The translations under genes and the position numbers were made by a program. 64,000 bases of DNA from Raja brachyura (taxonomy: Eukaryota). The stretch lies in assembly GCA_963514005.1 (NCBI GenBank), contig OY740798.1, positions 11,532,001-11,596,000 on the forward strand. Direction: 5' to 3'. A model generated the notes under the pieces. That model had not been told where the DNA came from and did not search any database. It was given only the letters and a program-made list of their open reading frames with translations. Positions 49,094 to 61,890 of this stretch are shown here, in pieces (within the stretch, counting starts at the first letter, position 1; every line of letters begins with the position of its first letter).

Positions 49094-50070
49094 TTATTTT
49101 TTTCCAAATGTACATATCAAAACAGAACATTTGGGTATTATACAAAAAATATGGACGGGCATGTCTATGAAAACAAAATTTAATAAATAAATAAATAAAT
49201 AATGGATGGAAAAAAAAGTAAATAATAAAAATAAAAATAAATAACTACATAAGTAAAGTGCAGGAGGCGACGACAATACATAGGGAGCAGTTCAGTGCAA
49301 TAATACTTTGTGAAGACTCTTGTTTCTAAAGCTTCTAACTCTCTTGTCTTCTATCCCTTACTCATAATTTCATTAACATTGATAGTTTAGAGTGTAGATA
49401 GGTTTGTGTTATGTGTCAATATTCTTCTGTGCAAGAAATGACATAAATGGTTGCCAGATTTTATTAAATTGGTTGACTCTATCCTTTGGAACATATCTTA
49501 TTCTTTCTAAATGTAATGAATTGGTCAAGTCATGAAGCCACATTCTGGAATTGGGAACTGTTGTTTTTTTTCCATGACATGAGCTGTAGCTTCTTTGCTG
49601 TAATGAGACTGTAGGAGAGGAATTGGTGTTGAACAGTTGTGAGTTGTCTTGATGTGTCAGATACCCCAAAGCTGATTAATAAGGGCTCTGGGTTTAATGG
49701 GATGTTAAGAATGTCTGAGATATTCTTAAATATATCAGACCAGAAAGAGGTGAGTTTAGGGCATGATACAAAGTTATGAAAAAGAATAGCATCTGAGGAG
49801 TGACATTTATCACAAGTAGGAGAAACATTTGGATATATACTGTGTATTTTTGCCTTGGAGTAGTGAAGTCTATGTATAATTTTGAACTGTATGAGGCAGT
49901 GTCTAGCATTGTTTGAGCACCTATGTATAAGTTTGAGGCTTTCCTCCCATATTTCATCTGGTATTTGCACATTTATGTCTTTTTCCCAATTGACCTTATA
50001 CTTGCTAGAGGATGGAGAGGTTATTGATAGAAGGACATCATATAGGAGATGAATTTGTCTTTATATGGTG
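49094..50070 (-). mobile_element. 5'-truncated L1-clade LINE fragment with zf-RVT/CCHC region
   Basis: ORFs 49530-49970 and 49409-49669 (W...L..IH.CS.NARHCLIQFKIIHRLHYSK...CDKC...H.F.SCPKL..FW; LITAKK...WK; LHLERIRY...F.KIWQPF). One frameshift and an A-rich tail near 49095. The 5' boundary is approximate. Confidence 0.85.
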
Positions 50071-52603
50071 ATGTTTTAAGGTAGTCATCTATTTGAGACA
50101 ATTTCAAGATAGTTTTGACATTTTTTTGGCAGAGGACTCTTGGGGGAATAAAGTGCAATGTGAAATCTGTGATCTTTGGACCAGCTGAAGGATAGAAACA
50201 TTCTTCCTGCTTTTAGGTTTCTCAAGATAACAAAATGTATTATGTGCATATACATACTACTAAATGTATGCATACTAGGATGCACAAATATATATGCATT
50301 ATGATTAAGCATAGTCTCTACGAATCACCATTCGAGCATAATATCTCAATGTTTTTCAAGGCCACATTTTTTTTTAATACTTCCTCTAAGTTATCATTAT
50401 GGGGGATGGCGTATGTTTATTTATGTTTATTAATATTACAAGTCAGTGTGTAAAAAAAATCTGAACCAAGGGAGAAGACTTCCTATTAGACTGGATTGAT
50501 TAAAAAAATCCTTAATAAGCTTAATGTCCAAACAAATATTGTTTTTATCTATTTTGCTCAAAGTGCTAATATGTAAAAGTGCCAAGTGCAAATATATAAA
50601 AAAATATATTTATATGTAAACTTGTAGCGTTCATTTTGAATGACTTTGAGTTTAGTTTATTGTCACATGTTGGAAGGTACTGTGAAACATGCTAACTGTT
50701 TAAACATTCTGTTATCACTGCTACTTGTTTTGCTTTATGAATATTAGGGATAGCTAGCAGGAACTAAGTTTCAAAAGCTGCATCAAATTATATGAAAATG
50801 CTAAACAAGATTGAATATTTCTGAAGAGATAGAAATTTGTCAATGGGTGGATTTCTATTACAGGCAAATTTAAGCAGCACTAACATTGCAATCAGATTTG
50901 CTCTTGTGACATATTTATAGAGTAATAGAAAGCTCGAGTTGATGTTCCAGGTTGAGTTACTTTCTATACTTATTCTGCACTAAGAAGAGGCACACTGATA
51001 AGCATAGAAAATCAACCCTGGTCCACATTTGAGCATGGAAAGCAGCATTTGTTTAATTCTAATACTTATTTTCTGGTATAAGTGGCATCCAAACTCAACT
51101 GGGTTGAAAAGAAATGAGTATAAAATGCATTGGAGAAAATTAAAAAATCCTGCCTGATGATTCCAATAGATGTCAGATATGGATCAAACCCAACATCAGT
51201 TAAATGAAGTGAAAATTGTATTCTTGGCTTGATAAAGATGAAAATGGATTTCTGGTCATGAAGTAGATGTACATGTCACTTTTTAAAAAGGTGTTAGCAA
51301 TTTACCTCACCAACTAAAGTGTGGATTCCATATGATACTGGACCTAAAATCTGAGCAATCAATAAAAGCTTCTACTTCATTACGTTTATAATAAAGGGCT
51401 CTAGATCTGCACAGCATAAGTGTTAGTAAGTTGGAAATTTGCAAGGACAGGCTTGTGTTGATTCTGTCATCTAAAACAACATCGCCACCTTGAGGCACAA
51501 TGTACTCAGTCTTGTATTCATCAGTGTTTGGAACAGTAAAATATTATCAGATAGAAACAGTGGTGAAATTGCCCCATATGCATTTGCAATGACTTCAAAT
51601 TGGACTTCAGGATCTCTGATTTAGCTTTGGTGCATATATTGAACCTATAGATTACTGTTAATAACAGGGAATGTAAAATCAATATTTACTCTAACGGGGG
51701 GATAGTTTAACCCATTTAAAATAGACCAGTTAACAAACCTGTCGCATCTTAATAGTTAGGAATGTAAGACTAGAAATAGGCAATACTACCCCATTAGTTT
51801 GCTTCTCCATTCAATAAGATAATAACACCTGTTCTTCAACCTTTCATATATCTTCACCTTCTTACTCAAGAAAAGTCTGTCAGTACATACATGACAATTC
51901 TAAAAATGCAACATTATAGGCGGGCCGTCTCCAAATTACTTCCAAATTTTATCAGAAAATAATATTTCCTAATCCCATTCCCAAGTAACCTAGTTTTAAT
52001 TTATAGCTCCAGTTTTAGCTCCAGTTTGCAGCATTTTGCAGTCTCTTGTGCCTCTAACCTCATTATAATTTTAACATATCTTCCCACTCAAAGGCCAACA
52101 AAGGTTCAAACAATGTTTATTTTCTGTAACTCAATTTCTCAATAACCTTTCTTGATAAATTGGGAGCACGTTGCACTAAATTCAGGATGTTAGACTAAAT
52201 TTTCTAATTTGCTTCAAGTTTGAATTGCGTGACTTCCTTTTTTCTGCAGCACATTAGTTTGCGATGAAAATAGTTTATAGTAAGGAATTCTTTAGTGACT
52301 ATTCCTCATGCAAACTACCCAGTTCCCTAAATTATCCTATCAGGAGGCTAGATAGTTTGGGTCTGTATGGCTTGAATTTTAAAAGAACGATGAGTGACAT
52401 GAAAGATCCACAGGGAGCTTGACAGGGTAGCTGTTTATCTTTGGTTTAAATGTTTTCACTCGTGGGACATAGCAACAACATAATGGGACGTAGCTAAAAT
52501 GGGGGCCAGATAAAACTGAAGTGTGTAGAACATTGTTCTCTCAGAGGATAGTGATGCTCTAAATCTCTGCACACAAGGCTGATGGAGGACAGATTATTAG
52601 ATA

Positions 52604-52840
52604 CAGGTCCACCACCAATTTTCCCACAACTGGTGATCCAGCACCTCCTTGAAAAATTACGAGGGCACACTTGAAATCCCTCCCCCCCAGAATTCACCAA
52701 AAAATGTGGCACCTAAACCACATGACGTGCCCAATCTCAATTTCACCAGGACTGCTGCGGCCGATTGGCGGGTTGAATTTGCGACCTGCGGTCGAGGCTC
52801 TGGACCAGGGGGGGCCATAAAATCAGTGGTGGGCCCATAG
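52604..52840. mobile_element. Probable Tc1/mariner (Tigger-like) MITE inserted in a CR1 tail (~52335-53135)
   Basis: TA-flanked, with imperfect TIRs caggtccaccaccaatttt / aaaatcagtggtgggccc. GC-rich interior that interrupts otherwise contiguous CR1 sequence. Confidence 0.55.
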
Positions 52841-53454
52841 TAATTTAAGTTGGAGGTAGATAAATATTTGAATGACCAAGGGACTGGTGGTGGAGGTACA
52901 GGAAACTCTGCTCTGTCGAATGTGGCTACCTGGATTGAAGAAGGGGTGGTGGTGGTGGAAGCAGATTTGACAGTGGTGTTTAAGAGTCTTTTAGGTAGCC
53001 ATGGAATTTAGGGATATGGATTATGTGTAGGATGAGGTGATTAACGTGGCATTATGTTTGGCACAGACATAATGGGCCAAAGGGTCTGTTTGTACGGTTT
53101 GTACAAAGATTCTGTACGGTTCTATGTTCTATGATTTTTGTTTTTAGACTAAATGTGGAATATTTTGGTTTGCCTATTTAACCAAGACCGCTATCATTAA
53201 GACAATCATTATTATTCATGGGAGCTGGCGAAAGTGTTTTCAACTATAACATTTAATTTCAGGATCTGTTTCATGATTTTGCAGTTGCAGGAGCAGAGAT
53301 CCAGAGAAGGAAAATGGCGTCACTAAGTTGCTTCCTCATTTCCATCCATGCCCTGATCAGAAGGTGGCTCTCATGTTGAGTTAGATAATTGTTTGTTGCA
53401 TAATTCTATTGTTGGAGCTGGTGGCGGGGCTTAGATTAGCTTAGATTCATTTAG

Positions 53455-53690
53455 CTTAGTTTAGCTTAAAGATGTGGAAGCAAGGTCCTTTGACACACTT
53501 TATCCACGCCGACAATCGATCACCCATACACTAGTCCAATTAACCTACAAACCTGCATGCCTCTTGAATGTGGGAGAAAACCCACAAAGTCACAGGGAGA
53601 AGGTGCAAACTCCGCACAGGCAGCACCCGTAGTCGGGATTTAATCCAATTCTCTGGCGCTGTGAGGCAGCAGCGCTAGTGCTGTTCAAAG
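53455..53690 (-). mobile_element. HE1-type SINE
   Basis: aattaacctacaaacctgc...gtcacagggagaaggtgcaaactccgcacaggcagcacccgtagtcgggatt...tctctggcgctgtgaggcagc. Confidence 0.82.
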
Positions 53691-54139
53691 CTTCATCGAT
53701 AAACTTGATTTCATACCTTAGAAACTGGGGAAATATATGAAAGATGAAGGAAAGATAAACAAAGTTGAATTCTCAAGATACATTAGAAGTGGCCAAACAA
53801 TCATTGGAGGAAGAGATGAATTTCTAGAGACAAAAGGCATCAATGGGTGTAAAGAGAGATCAGGTATATGGTATGAGATGTAAATGTTAGACAACAGAGT
53901 CGACTCAAATAAACATATGGCCTGCTCCTCTGTTTCTATGAGTACCTTCCATGGCTGAACTCACCTTTGCATTGTGCGCAAGGAATAAGTTATGAATTAC
54001 TCTTGTGACTCTTTAATGCATAAAAATTAAGTTGTGATTATTTTTTTCAGATGTTGGAAATCTGAGATAGACAGCAGCATCTGTTAAGAGAGAATTAGAG
54101 TTAATGTCACTTGAGGTTGCAAGGTGACCTGATAGAAGA

Positions 54140-55072
54140 CATTGTAATTGTACCCTCCTCTAACACCTCTTCCGGCAGCTCTGTCCACGCCACCCTCTGT
54201 GTGGAACAACTGGCCCCTCTGATCTCCTCAAATCTTCCCCCTCTTCACTTAAACCTGTGCCCTTAGCCTGAAGAAGGTGCAAACCCGAAACGTCTCTCTA
54301 GATGGGACATGTTGGGCAGGTTAGGCTGAAGGGCCCATTTCTACGCTGTGTGACTATACAATTGTATACAATTATGAGAGGCATAGATGCAGACAATCAG
54401 AACCTTTTTCCCAGGATGAAAATATCAAACACTAGTGGGCACACTTGTAAGGTGAGAGGGGCAAAGTTTCAAAGAGATGTGTGAGGAGGCACGTTTTTTA
54501 CACAGAGGGTGGTGAGCTCCTGGAACATGCTGTCAGGGTTGGTGATCGATGCAGGTATAACCGTGGCAAGTAAGCAACTGTTTGATAAGCATGTGTATAT
54601 GCAGGGAATGGAGGGATATGGATTACATGCAGGTGGATATAATAAATGGTCTTGGACTCATATTCGACAAAGACATTGTGGGCCAAAGGACTTATTTCTA
54701 TGCTGTTCAATATTCTGTATTTCAGGTTGATGAACTCCCACGATGAAAGGTCATCAACACGACATATTAATTTTATTACACTTTCTCACAGTTTAGCCAA
54801 TATCCAGGTGAAGCTGAAAATGTTCCTGTCAGGTGTTTGCATTTTACCTGCCTTGATTTATGTAGTTTCCATGGTCTGAAGAAGCGTCCTGACCATAAAC
54901 GTTGCCTATTCATGTTCTCCAGAGATGCTGCCTGACCTTCGTTATTCCAACGCTTAGTGTCGCAATTACTACGTGTTTCCCATGTACTCCAGAGATGCTT
55001 CCTGATCCACAGAGTTACTCAAGTACTTTGTGTGACTTTTGGTAAACCAGCATCTGCAGTTCTTTGTATCTA
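54140..55072. mobile_element. Cluster of CR1 3' fragments (both strands) and Penelope-derived termini
   Basis: CR1 on - at 54140-54265; hammerhead-like core at 54268-54294; CR1 on + at 54297-54720 (YTIMRGID...NLFP...GH..KVRG.KF); tandem PLE termini at 54872-55072. Confidence 0.7.
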
Positions 55073-55249
55073 AGTAATAATTATGTCATCTGCAGCTCTG
55101 GAATGTGGGGGGAAACTGGATAACCTGTAATGGTCAGTATTGTACTTCCAGTACGTATCTTCTGCTTTCCAGATGCTTTCCAAGGCTTTGTTTGTCACTA
55201 TAGATAATTTTTCCCATTATTTTTGTTTGGAATCTGGATATTGCGAGCA

Positions 55250-55600
55250 ATACCAACATTTATTCACCACTGTCCTTGAGAAGGTGGTGGTGAACCACTG
55301 CTGACTCTCTGGTGAAGGTTATTCCATGATATTATTGGGTTGAGAGTTTCAGGACTTAGACTCAGCAAAGATGAAGAATCATTAATATATTTCCAAGTCA
55401 GGCTGAAGTACGACTTGGAAGTGAATCTGCAGATGATGTTGAACACATTGACATGCTACCTTTGTCCTTCTTGTGATTGAAGTCATGGGTTTGGAAGGTT
55501 TTATGAGAGTAGCCTGGGTGATTAACTGAAGTGCATTTTGTAGATGGTATACACTGCAGCTACGATGCGCTAATGATGGAATCAAGAGAATGGCCTGCAT
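55250..55600 (-). mobile_element. Old CR1/L2-group LINE 3' end
   Basis: catttatt...ccttgagaaggtggtggtga...atatttccaagtcagg...gacttggaagtgaatctgcag...ggtttggaaggt. Confidence 0.6.
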
Positions 55601-55721
55601 GCTCAACTCAAGTCAAGAGTTTGATTGTCATATACATTGGAACCGGATCAACTTCCAAACATTGTTCAAAATAGTCAGTGGCAAGCAAGAGGAGGTTTCT
55701 TTGCCCAATTACCTAATTTAA

Positions 55722-55919
55722 GCAAAGAACTGCAGATGCTGGGTAACACCGAAGGTGGACACAAAATGCTCATCACAAAATAACTCAGTGGAACAGGCAG
55801 CATCTCTGGAGTGAAGGAATAGGTAAAGAAGGGTCTCGACCCAAAATGTCACCCATTCCTTCTCTCCAGAGATGCTGCCTGTCCCGCTGAGTTACTCCAG
55901 CATGTTGTGTCTATCTTTG
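55722..55919. mobile_element. Palindromic Penelope-derived mini-element
   Basis: Inverted arms taactcagtggaacaggcagcatctctggag / ctccagagatgctgcctgtcccgctgagtta. Imperfect flanking duplication acctaattta / acctgattca. Confidence 0.8.
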
Positions 55920-56967
55920 ACCTGATTCAGTACTCTGAAGAAGAACAAGGTAGCTATCCTTAGTGTCCTCATCCTTAATTCAACATCATCTCACAACTGT
56001 TAATAGGAGTTTAATAAGTATAGGTTGAAGACATATTTCCTACATTAGAACATTGTTTTCAGGCAATGTGGGGCAGTGACGGTGCATCGTATAAATGCAG
56101 TGAGAGATTGGTAAGACTGTAATGTGAATAATTTTTGGTTGGTCTACATTAGAAAATGAAGAGGAAAGAGTATAATTCCTCTTAGATAGGTATTGATAAT
56201 CTAAGGTAGTTATTAGTGAATACATGAAGTAGTTTGCAAGATCATTTTCTATGAGATTTGGTTCTTCAAAAGAGAAAAGTTTCTCTTAAAATGGTGCCTC
56301 AACTGTTTGTGGGTCTAGTGTAATGCCTGTGCTTGAATATGCTCCAGAATATACTACTATAACTGAAGTGACGTGATATAGGATGGAAAGGTAAATGCGG
56401 CAAGTAAAGAGATGGCAATTAACATTATAGTATATCCCATAAGAAACTGATTTGAAAATAACATATTTAAAATTTTGAACAAAAGATAATAAAGAGAAAA
56501 GGGAAAAAAGTGATATAGCAGTATAAGTAGAAAGTGAGTCATAGTGGAAGGAGTGGGGCTAAGGATAAAGAAGATAATTCATGCTTGGAAGTTGGAAGAT
56601 TATATCAGCACAGATATTTATCAAGGAAGAGGATGCTGCCAAAATCGTAGAAGGGGAGGTGGTAAAGACGGAGTGAAATTTCCTAATGAGGAGGTACAGA
56701 ACAAGATAAGAAACAGGACAAGGAAGAACTGCTTGAGCTTCTTCCATCTTTTAGTAAGATGTTGGCTGGTCCAATCTTGGCCTCATCGACACTAGAAGGG
56801 CTGGTTCTGCTGAAAGAAAACAATTTATCTGATCTGAATGTAATGCATGGTAAATTGCTAAGGAAGGTGTGGCCACTGTAGAAGTGCTTGCCGTAATCTT
56901 CCAGGATACAGAGGAAGCTTCCTTAGATACAGGAGAAACCCCAGGGCAATGGGAAATGACAAACATT

Positions 56968-59395
56968 TGATTTAGGTTTATTATTATTGTCACATGTACT
57001 GAGACAGTGAAAACACTTGTTTTGCATTCCATCCAGGCAGATCAGACCACACATAAGTACATACATATAGCAAGGTAGTGCAAAAGGGAGAACAAAATAC
57101 AGAATGTAGTGTGCAGTGTTACAACTACAGTTAGAGTGCAGATTTAAAAAAAGGGCATGAGGTGCAACACAGTACGTTGGAAGATCAAGAATTCATCTTA
57201 ACATGTGAGAGAACTTTCCAAGAATTGGATGACAGCAGGAAATAAGCTGCTCTTGAATCTGGTGATATGTGCTTTCAAACCACCGCATCATCTGCCTTAC
57301 GGGAGAGGGCAGAAGGGAGGATGACTGGGACAAGAGGGATCCTTGATTATGTTGGTTGTCTTCCCGAGGGAGCGGGAATTGTAGATGGAGTCAATGCATG
57401 ATGATTTGAGTTTCCTTCACAACTCTCTGCAATTTCTTATGGTCTTGCGCAGATCAGTCGGCATACCAAACTGTGATGCATCTGGATAAGATCCCTTTGA
57501 TGGTGAATTGGTAAAAATTGGTGAGAGGCATTGGAAACATACCAAATGTCCTCAACTTTCTGAGATAGCAGAGGCACTTTTTCTTCTTGCGTATGGCATA
57601 CACAGCCTAAAGTTGTAGGTCAACTTGTTCTATTTGAACTCGTTTGTGAATGTTGGGTTGATTGCATTAGTCGAAACAGGCTGGACCACGTGAAGGTTGC
57701 AATCTCCCACTCCAGCAGAGGCACTGATGTGGGGGAATAAGGATAAGGGGGAATTCCTTTAGGACCGAAATGAGGAAAACATTCTTTACACAGAGAGTGG
57801 TGAGTCTCTGGAATTCTCTGCCACAGAAGGTAGTTGAGGCCAGTTCATTGGCTATATTTAAGAAGGCGTTAGATGTGGCACTTGTGGCTAAAGGGATCAG
57901 GGGGTATGGAGAGAAGGCAGGTACAGGATACTGAGTTGGATGATCAGCCATGATCACATTGAATGGCGGTGCAGGCTCGAAGGGCCGAATGGCCTACTGC
58001 TGCACCTATTTTCTATGTTTCTATGTGATTTCTTGGCAGGTGTGTCTATGTGGTTGGACTAGGATAAATTGTTCATGATGTTTGCACCTAGAAATGTAGC
58101 GCAATCGACCATATTCATTTCAGCAACATTGATACAGACAGCATTGTTACACCCGGTTTCCTGAAGTTGATGACCAGCTCCTTGTTCTGCTGATGTTGAG
58201 GGAGAGGTTGCTGTCCTGATACCATGCCACTAAGCCCTCCAGCTCCTTCCAGTTCTCTTCTTGTCAATCTTTGATATCCTGCCCACTATGGTGGTATCAA
58301 CTGCAAACTTGTAAACAGAGTGTAAATAGAATTTGACCACATAGTCGCGAATGTGTAGGAGTACAGTAAAGGGAATGCCATTTGCGGAGCACCTGTATTG
58401 AGAATTATCATGGACGATGTTTGTTGCCTTTCCTTACTGATTGTGGTCTGCAGGAAGTCAAGGATCCATTTGCAAAGTTGGGTGCTGAGTTCTCTGTCCT
58501 GGAGATTGGAGATGAGTGGTTAGAATTATGGTGTTGCAGGTGGAGATATAGTCAATAAATAGGAGTCTGACGTGAGTGGCTTTGCTATCCAGATCTCCCT
58601 GGGATGAGTTTAAGGCTCGGGAGATGACATCTGCTGTAGACCTGTTTCAATGGAATAAGGCAGACTGGGAGGCCTGCATTAATGTGCGCCATGACCAGCC
58701 TTTCAAAGCACTACATGATGGTAGATGTTGGAGTCACCAGGCACCCTTCTTTGACTTTATCTTTGACAAAGGGATGATAGTGGTCTTTTTTTTAACCATT
58801 TGGGAATCTTAGATTGGAGTACGGAAATGTTAAGAATATCTGTGAACTCTTGCTAGTTTGCCCACACGCTTGCTGAAGACATAGTCAGGGCCAGTTGCTT
58901 TCTGCGGGTCTGAAAGACTGATGTGACATCCGACACTGATCATGGCCGCAGGTACATCCAAGGTTATCGGAGCAGATTATGTTATTTCACTGAACTTCCT
59001 GTTCGAAATGAGAATGGAATGCATTGAGCAAATCATGGAGGGATGCGCTGCAGCCAATAATTCTACCTGCCTTTACTTTATAGCCCATTGTAGATTCAAG
59101 CTTTGCCACAATTGACCATGTGTTTGTGATATTAGTCTGGGAGTCTAGGTTGGATCGGCATTGTCTCTTGATATCCCATATGGCTTTGTGAAGGTCATAC
59201 CTAGAATTCCTGTCTAGGTCAGCGTCACCCAACCTTACAACTGGACTTCATGAGGGAGTGGATCTCCTGGATTGTCCATGGTTTCCAGTTTGGGCGACAC
59301 TCAGATTGATTTCTTTGTCTTGCGGTCCACTACACACTAGTTTGTGATGGCAGTGGTGTAATCATCTTGGTCGGCTGCTGTCTTCTTGAATGTGA
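56968..59395 (-). mobile_element. Decayed Rex1/Babar-like LINE, interrupted by the HDV element (57579-57713) and a CR1 tail (~57727-58026)
   Basis: 3' tail tttattattattgtcacatgtac at ~56978. The reverse strand resembles the 31225-32032 RT (accagctccttg...ggagaggttgctgtcctgatacca), and ORF 58987-59232 has RYDLHKAI.DIKRQ...LLNAFHSHFEQ. Many stops. Confidence 0.7.
57579..57713 (-). mobile_element. Third copy of the HDV-ribozyme short element
   Basis: 12-bp TSD agcagaggcact (57567-57578 and 57714-57725). Reverse complement starts GGAGTGG GA GATTGCA ACC TTCACGT GGT CCAGCCT GT TTCGA CTAA TGCAATC and ends catacgcaagaagaa. Inserted in a Rex1-like LINE relic. Confidence 0.88.
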
Positions 59396-59660
59396 ACCAG
59401 CCTGCCAACTTAAAACAGTCACATGTGATCTCATATTTTTCTCAGACCGGCACTATACAACTTTCTGTGCTGGTTCCCTACTCTTCAGTATCTGCCTCTG
59501 AGCATGGAGAAGCACAGGCTGGAGTTCCTCTATTTCTAGCACTTGTTGTTTTTCTCATGTTAAAAATCAAGTTGTATAAAAAGTTCCAAACATTTCCCAT
59601 CCATATTATGCTCAATCATAACATTGTTGCTATATATGTGTTGTGCACCTGATATTTCGG

Positions 59661-59762
59661 GTCTGAAGAAGGGTCTCGACCCAAAATGTCACCCATTCCT
59701 TCTCTCCAGAGATGCTGTGCTGCCTGCCCCGCTGAGTTACTCCAGCAGTTTGTGTTTACCTT
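59661..59762 (+). mobile_element. Penelope-derived mini-element (hammerhead core CpG-decayed)
   Basis: gtctgaagaagggtctcgacccaaaatgtcacccattcc; tgatattt occurs on both flanks. Confidence 0.8.
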
Positions 59763-61654
59763 TGATATTTCAGGCAGTCCTTTGTTCAACAGTACTGTTT
59801 TGTCAGAGATTTTGGTGAAATGTTAGATTGTGCCTCTGTCATGGTGATGCTAAATATTCCAAGGCATCATTTGAAAGAAAATAAGATGCCAAAAAGCAAA
59901 GTAAAACTGCAGATACTGGGATCTGAAATTGGAATTGCAGTTGTTCTGCTGTTTTGACATATTCTTCCCTCCAAAGTAAAAAAAAATAGATAACATAACT
60001 TTTAATCTTATCTCACACTTAAGTGTAAGTCCTTCCTGCAACAGAAGCATTTTATTTGAATACATATCTCCAGAAAAATCCAAGGATATGACATCTTTAC
60101 TTTCCTATAAAGATGACAGCTGAAATTGCTTTTTAATAACAAAACATTAACATTGAGCAAATTTTCATTATTAACCTAAGCTTTAATTTGTGAATACATT
60201 AATACATTACAAATTTAATTAGCAGCTTGTTTGAATGGAGATTTAGCTAGTCTATTTAGGCTCCAGTAAACAAATGCAAATCCTTGCTAGTAATTGTAAA
60301 CATTTTGATGTGCTGTATAACATTATATTTGTTTTCAGTGTGATGGGCGGTGTTGTAAAATATACAAATGATACTTTTACAAATTAAATAAGCAAGGAGT
60401 ATCATCTTGCAAAATACTTAGGGCACTAATAGAGGATATAGAAATCTCAATTCATGAACTCTGCTTATGGTTTGGATTTTTTGAGAAGTGCAATAAAAAT
60501 AAACAATACTTTATATCATTCCAAAGATTTGAAGACAAAAATGTAACTGGAAAATCTAGCAAAAACAATGTTGTTGACCAATTTAATTTTATTCAGGTAT
60601 ACATGGTGCCAAGTTAGTGCAGCAACTTTCAGTGTGGGAAAGGATGGGGGGAGGGGAATGCTGGTGGGTGGGGTTGACACAATAATGGAAGTGTGGGTTT
60701 GACAGTTCTGCCTGAACAGCTTCAACACCCACAGGTATTATTCATGTGACAACAATCACAAAGAGTCCCCTTGTCAATTCAAGGGGCACACTGGCCAAAG
60801 CATTCCATCTTCACCTGACATGCTGCCTTTCTGTCACAGCCTTGCAGTGCTTTACCCTTGCATCTAAAACTCCCACACTTCATTTTGAGTGTGGTGTGAT
60901 GAGTGGACATAGATATGGTTGATTTTACAGGTTTCCAATTGCTTTTGTTTTGCAGTAGAATAAGAGGAAAATCTTTTGTAGTACATGTTATGTTTTTTCT
61001 GCTCCTTCAATGGTGTTTTCTTTGACTGTCAGTATGAAATACAGATGATAAAACAAACCCTTTAATCACTTTTAGTCCCTCTGCTGTGTTCTCTCTCCTC
61101 TCGCCTAGTCTATAGAATGTTAAATATACTAAACTAAAATAGGTCTCCTCCATATCACTAGATCTTTAACAGATTACACTCCTTAAATCCCTTGTTTTCT
61201 TCTTGCCATGAATGTGTGTTTGTCCATTTCTTTATTCTGTTGAGTATATATTTTTGTAGTGCCTAATCCTGTAGTTTGCAAAATGTCTTTACGATTAGTT
61301 GAAATGTCACTGAACAAAGAAGTCACAAAATATTTAATTCAACATTACTGATAGCAATGGAACTTGATGTCAGAAGTAATATAAGTCAAAGGAAACATTT
61401 AACTTTAGTTTTTGAGAACAATAAATAGTACCTTTTGACAGAATTATGAATATACAATATGTTCTGATTCTATGATAAACTATATTAGTGTTTCACAAAA
61501 CATAGTAACCCATTGAATCTTGTAGTAGATACTAATAATTTACATTGGAGAATCCTTACAAAGATTAATTTATGAACATTGCACCCAAAATATTTTAAAG
61601 AACAAATAAAATAACAAACCGATCAATAATTGTCGCTGCCTTTGACAATAATAG

Positions 61655-61890
61655 TGTAGGAAGGAACTACACATGCTGGTTTATACCGAAGATGGACACA
61701 AAATGCTGGAGTAACTCAGTGGAACAGGCAGCATCTCTGGAGAGAAAGAATGGGTGACGTTTCGGATTGAGACCCTTCTTCAGACTCAACTCTAAAGAAG
61801 GGTCTCGACCCGAAACGTCACCCATTTCTTCTCTCCACAGATGCTGCCTGTCCCGCTGAGTTACTCTAGCATTTTGTGTTTGTCTTCTCT
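61655..61890. mobile_element. Palindromic Penelope-derived mini-element
   Basis: Inverted arms at ~61696-61784 and ~61791-61879, meeting head-to-head at the hammerhead motifs. Possible TSD aataatag (61647-61654 and 61894-61901). Confidence 0.88.
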
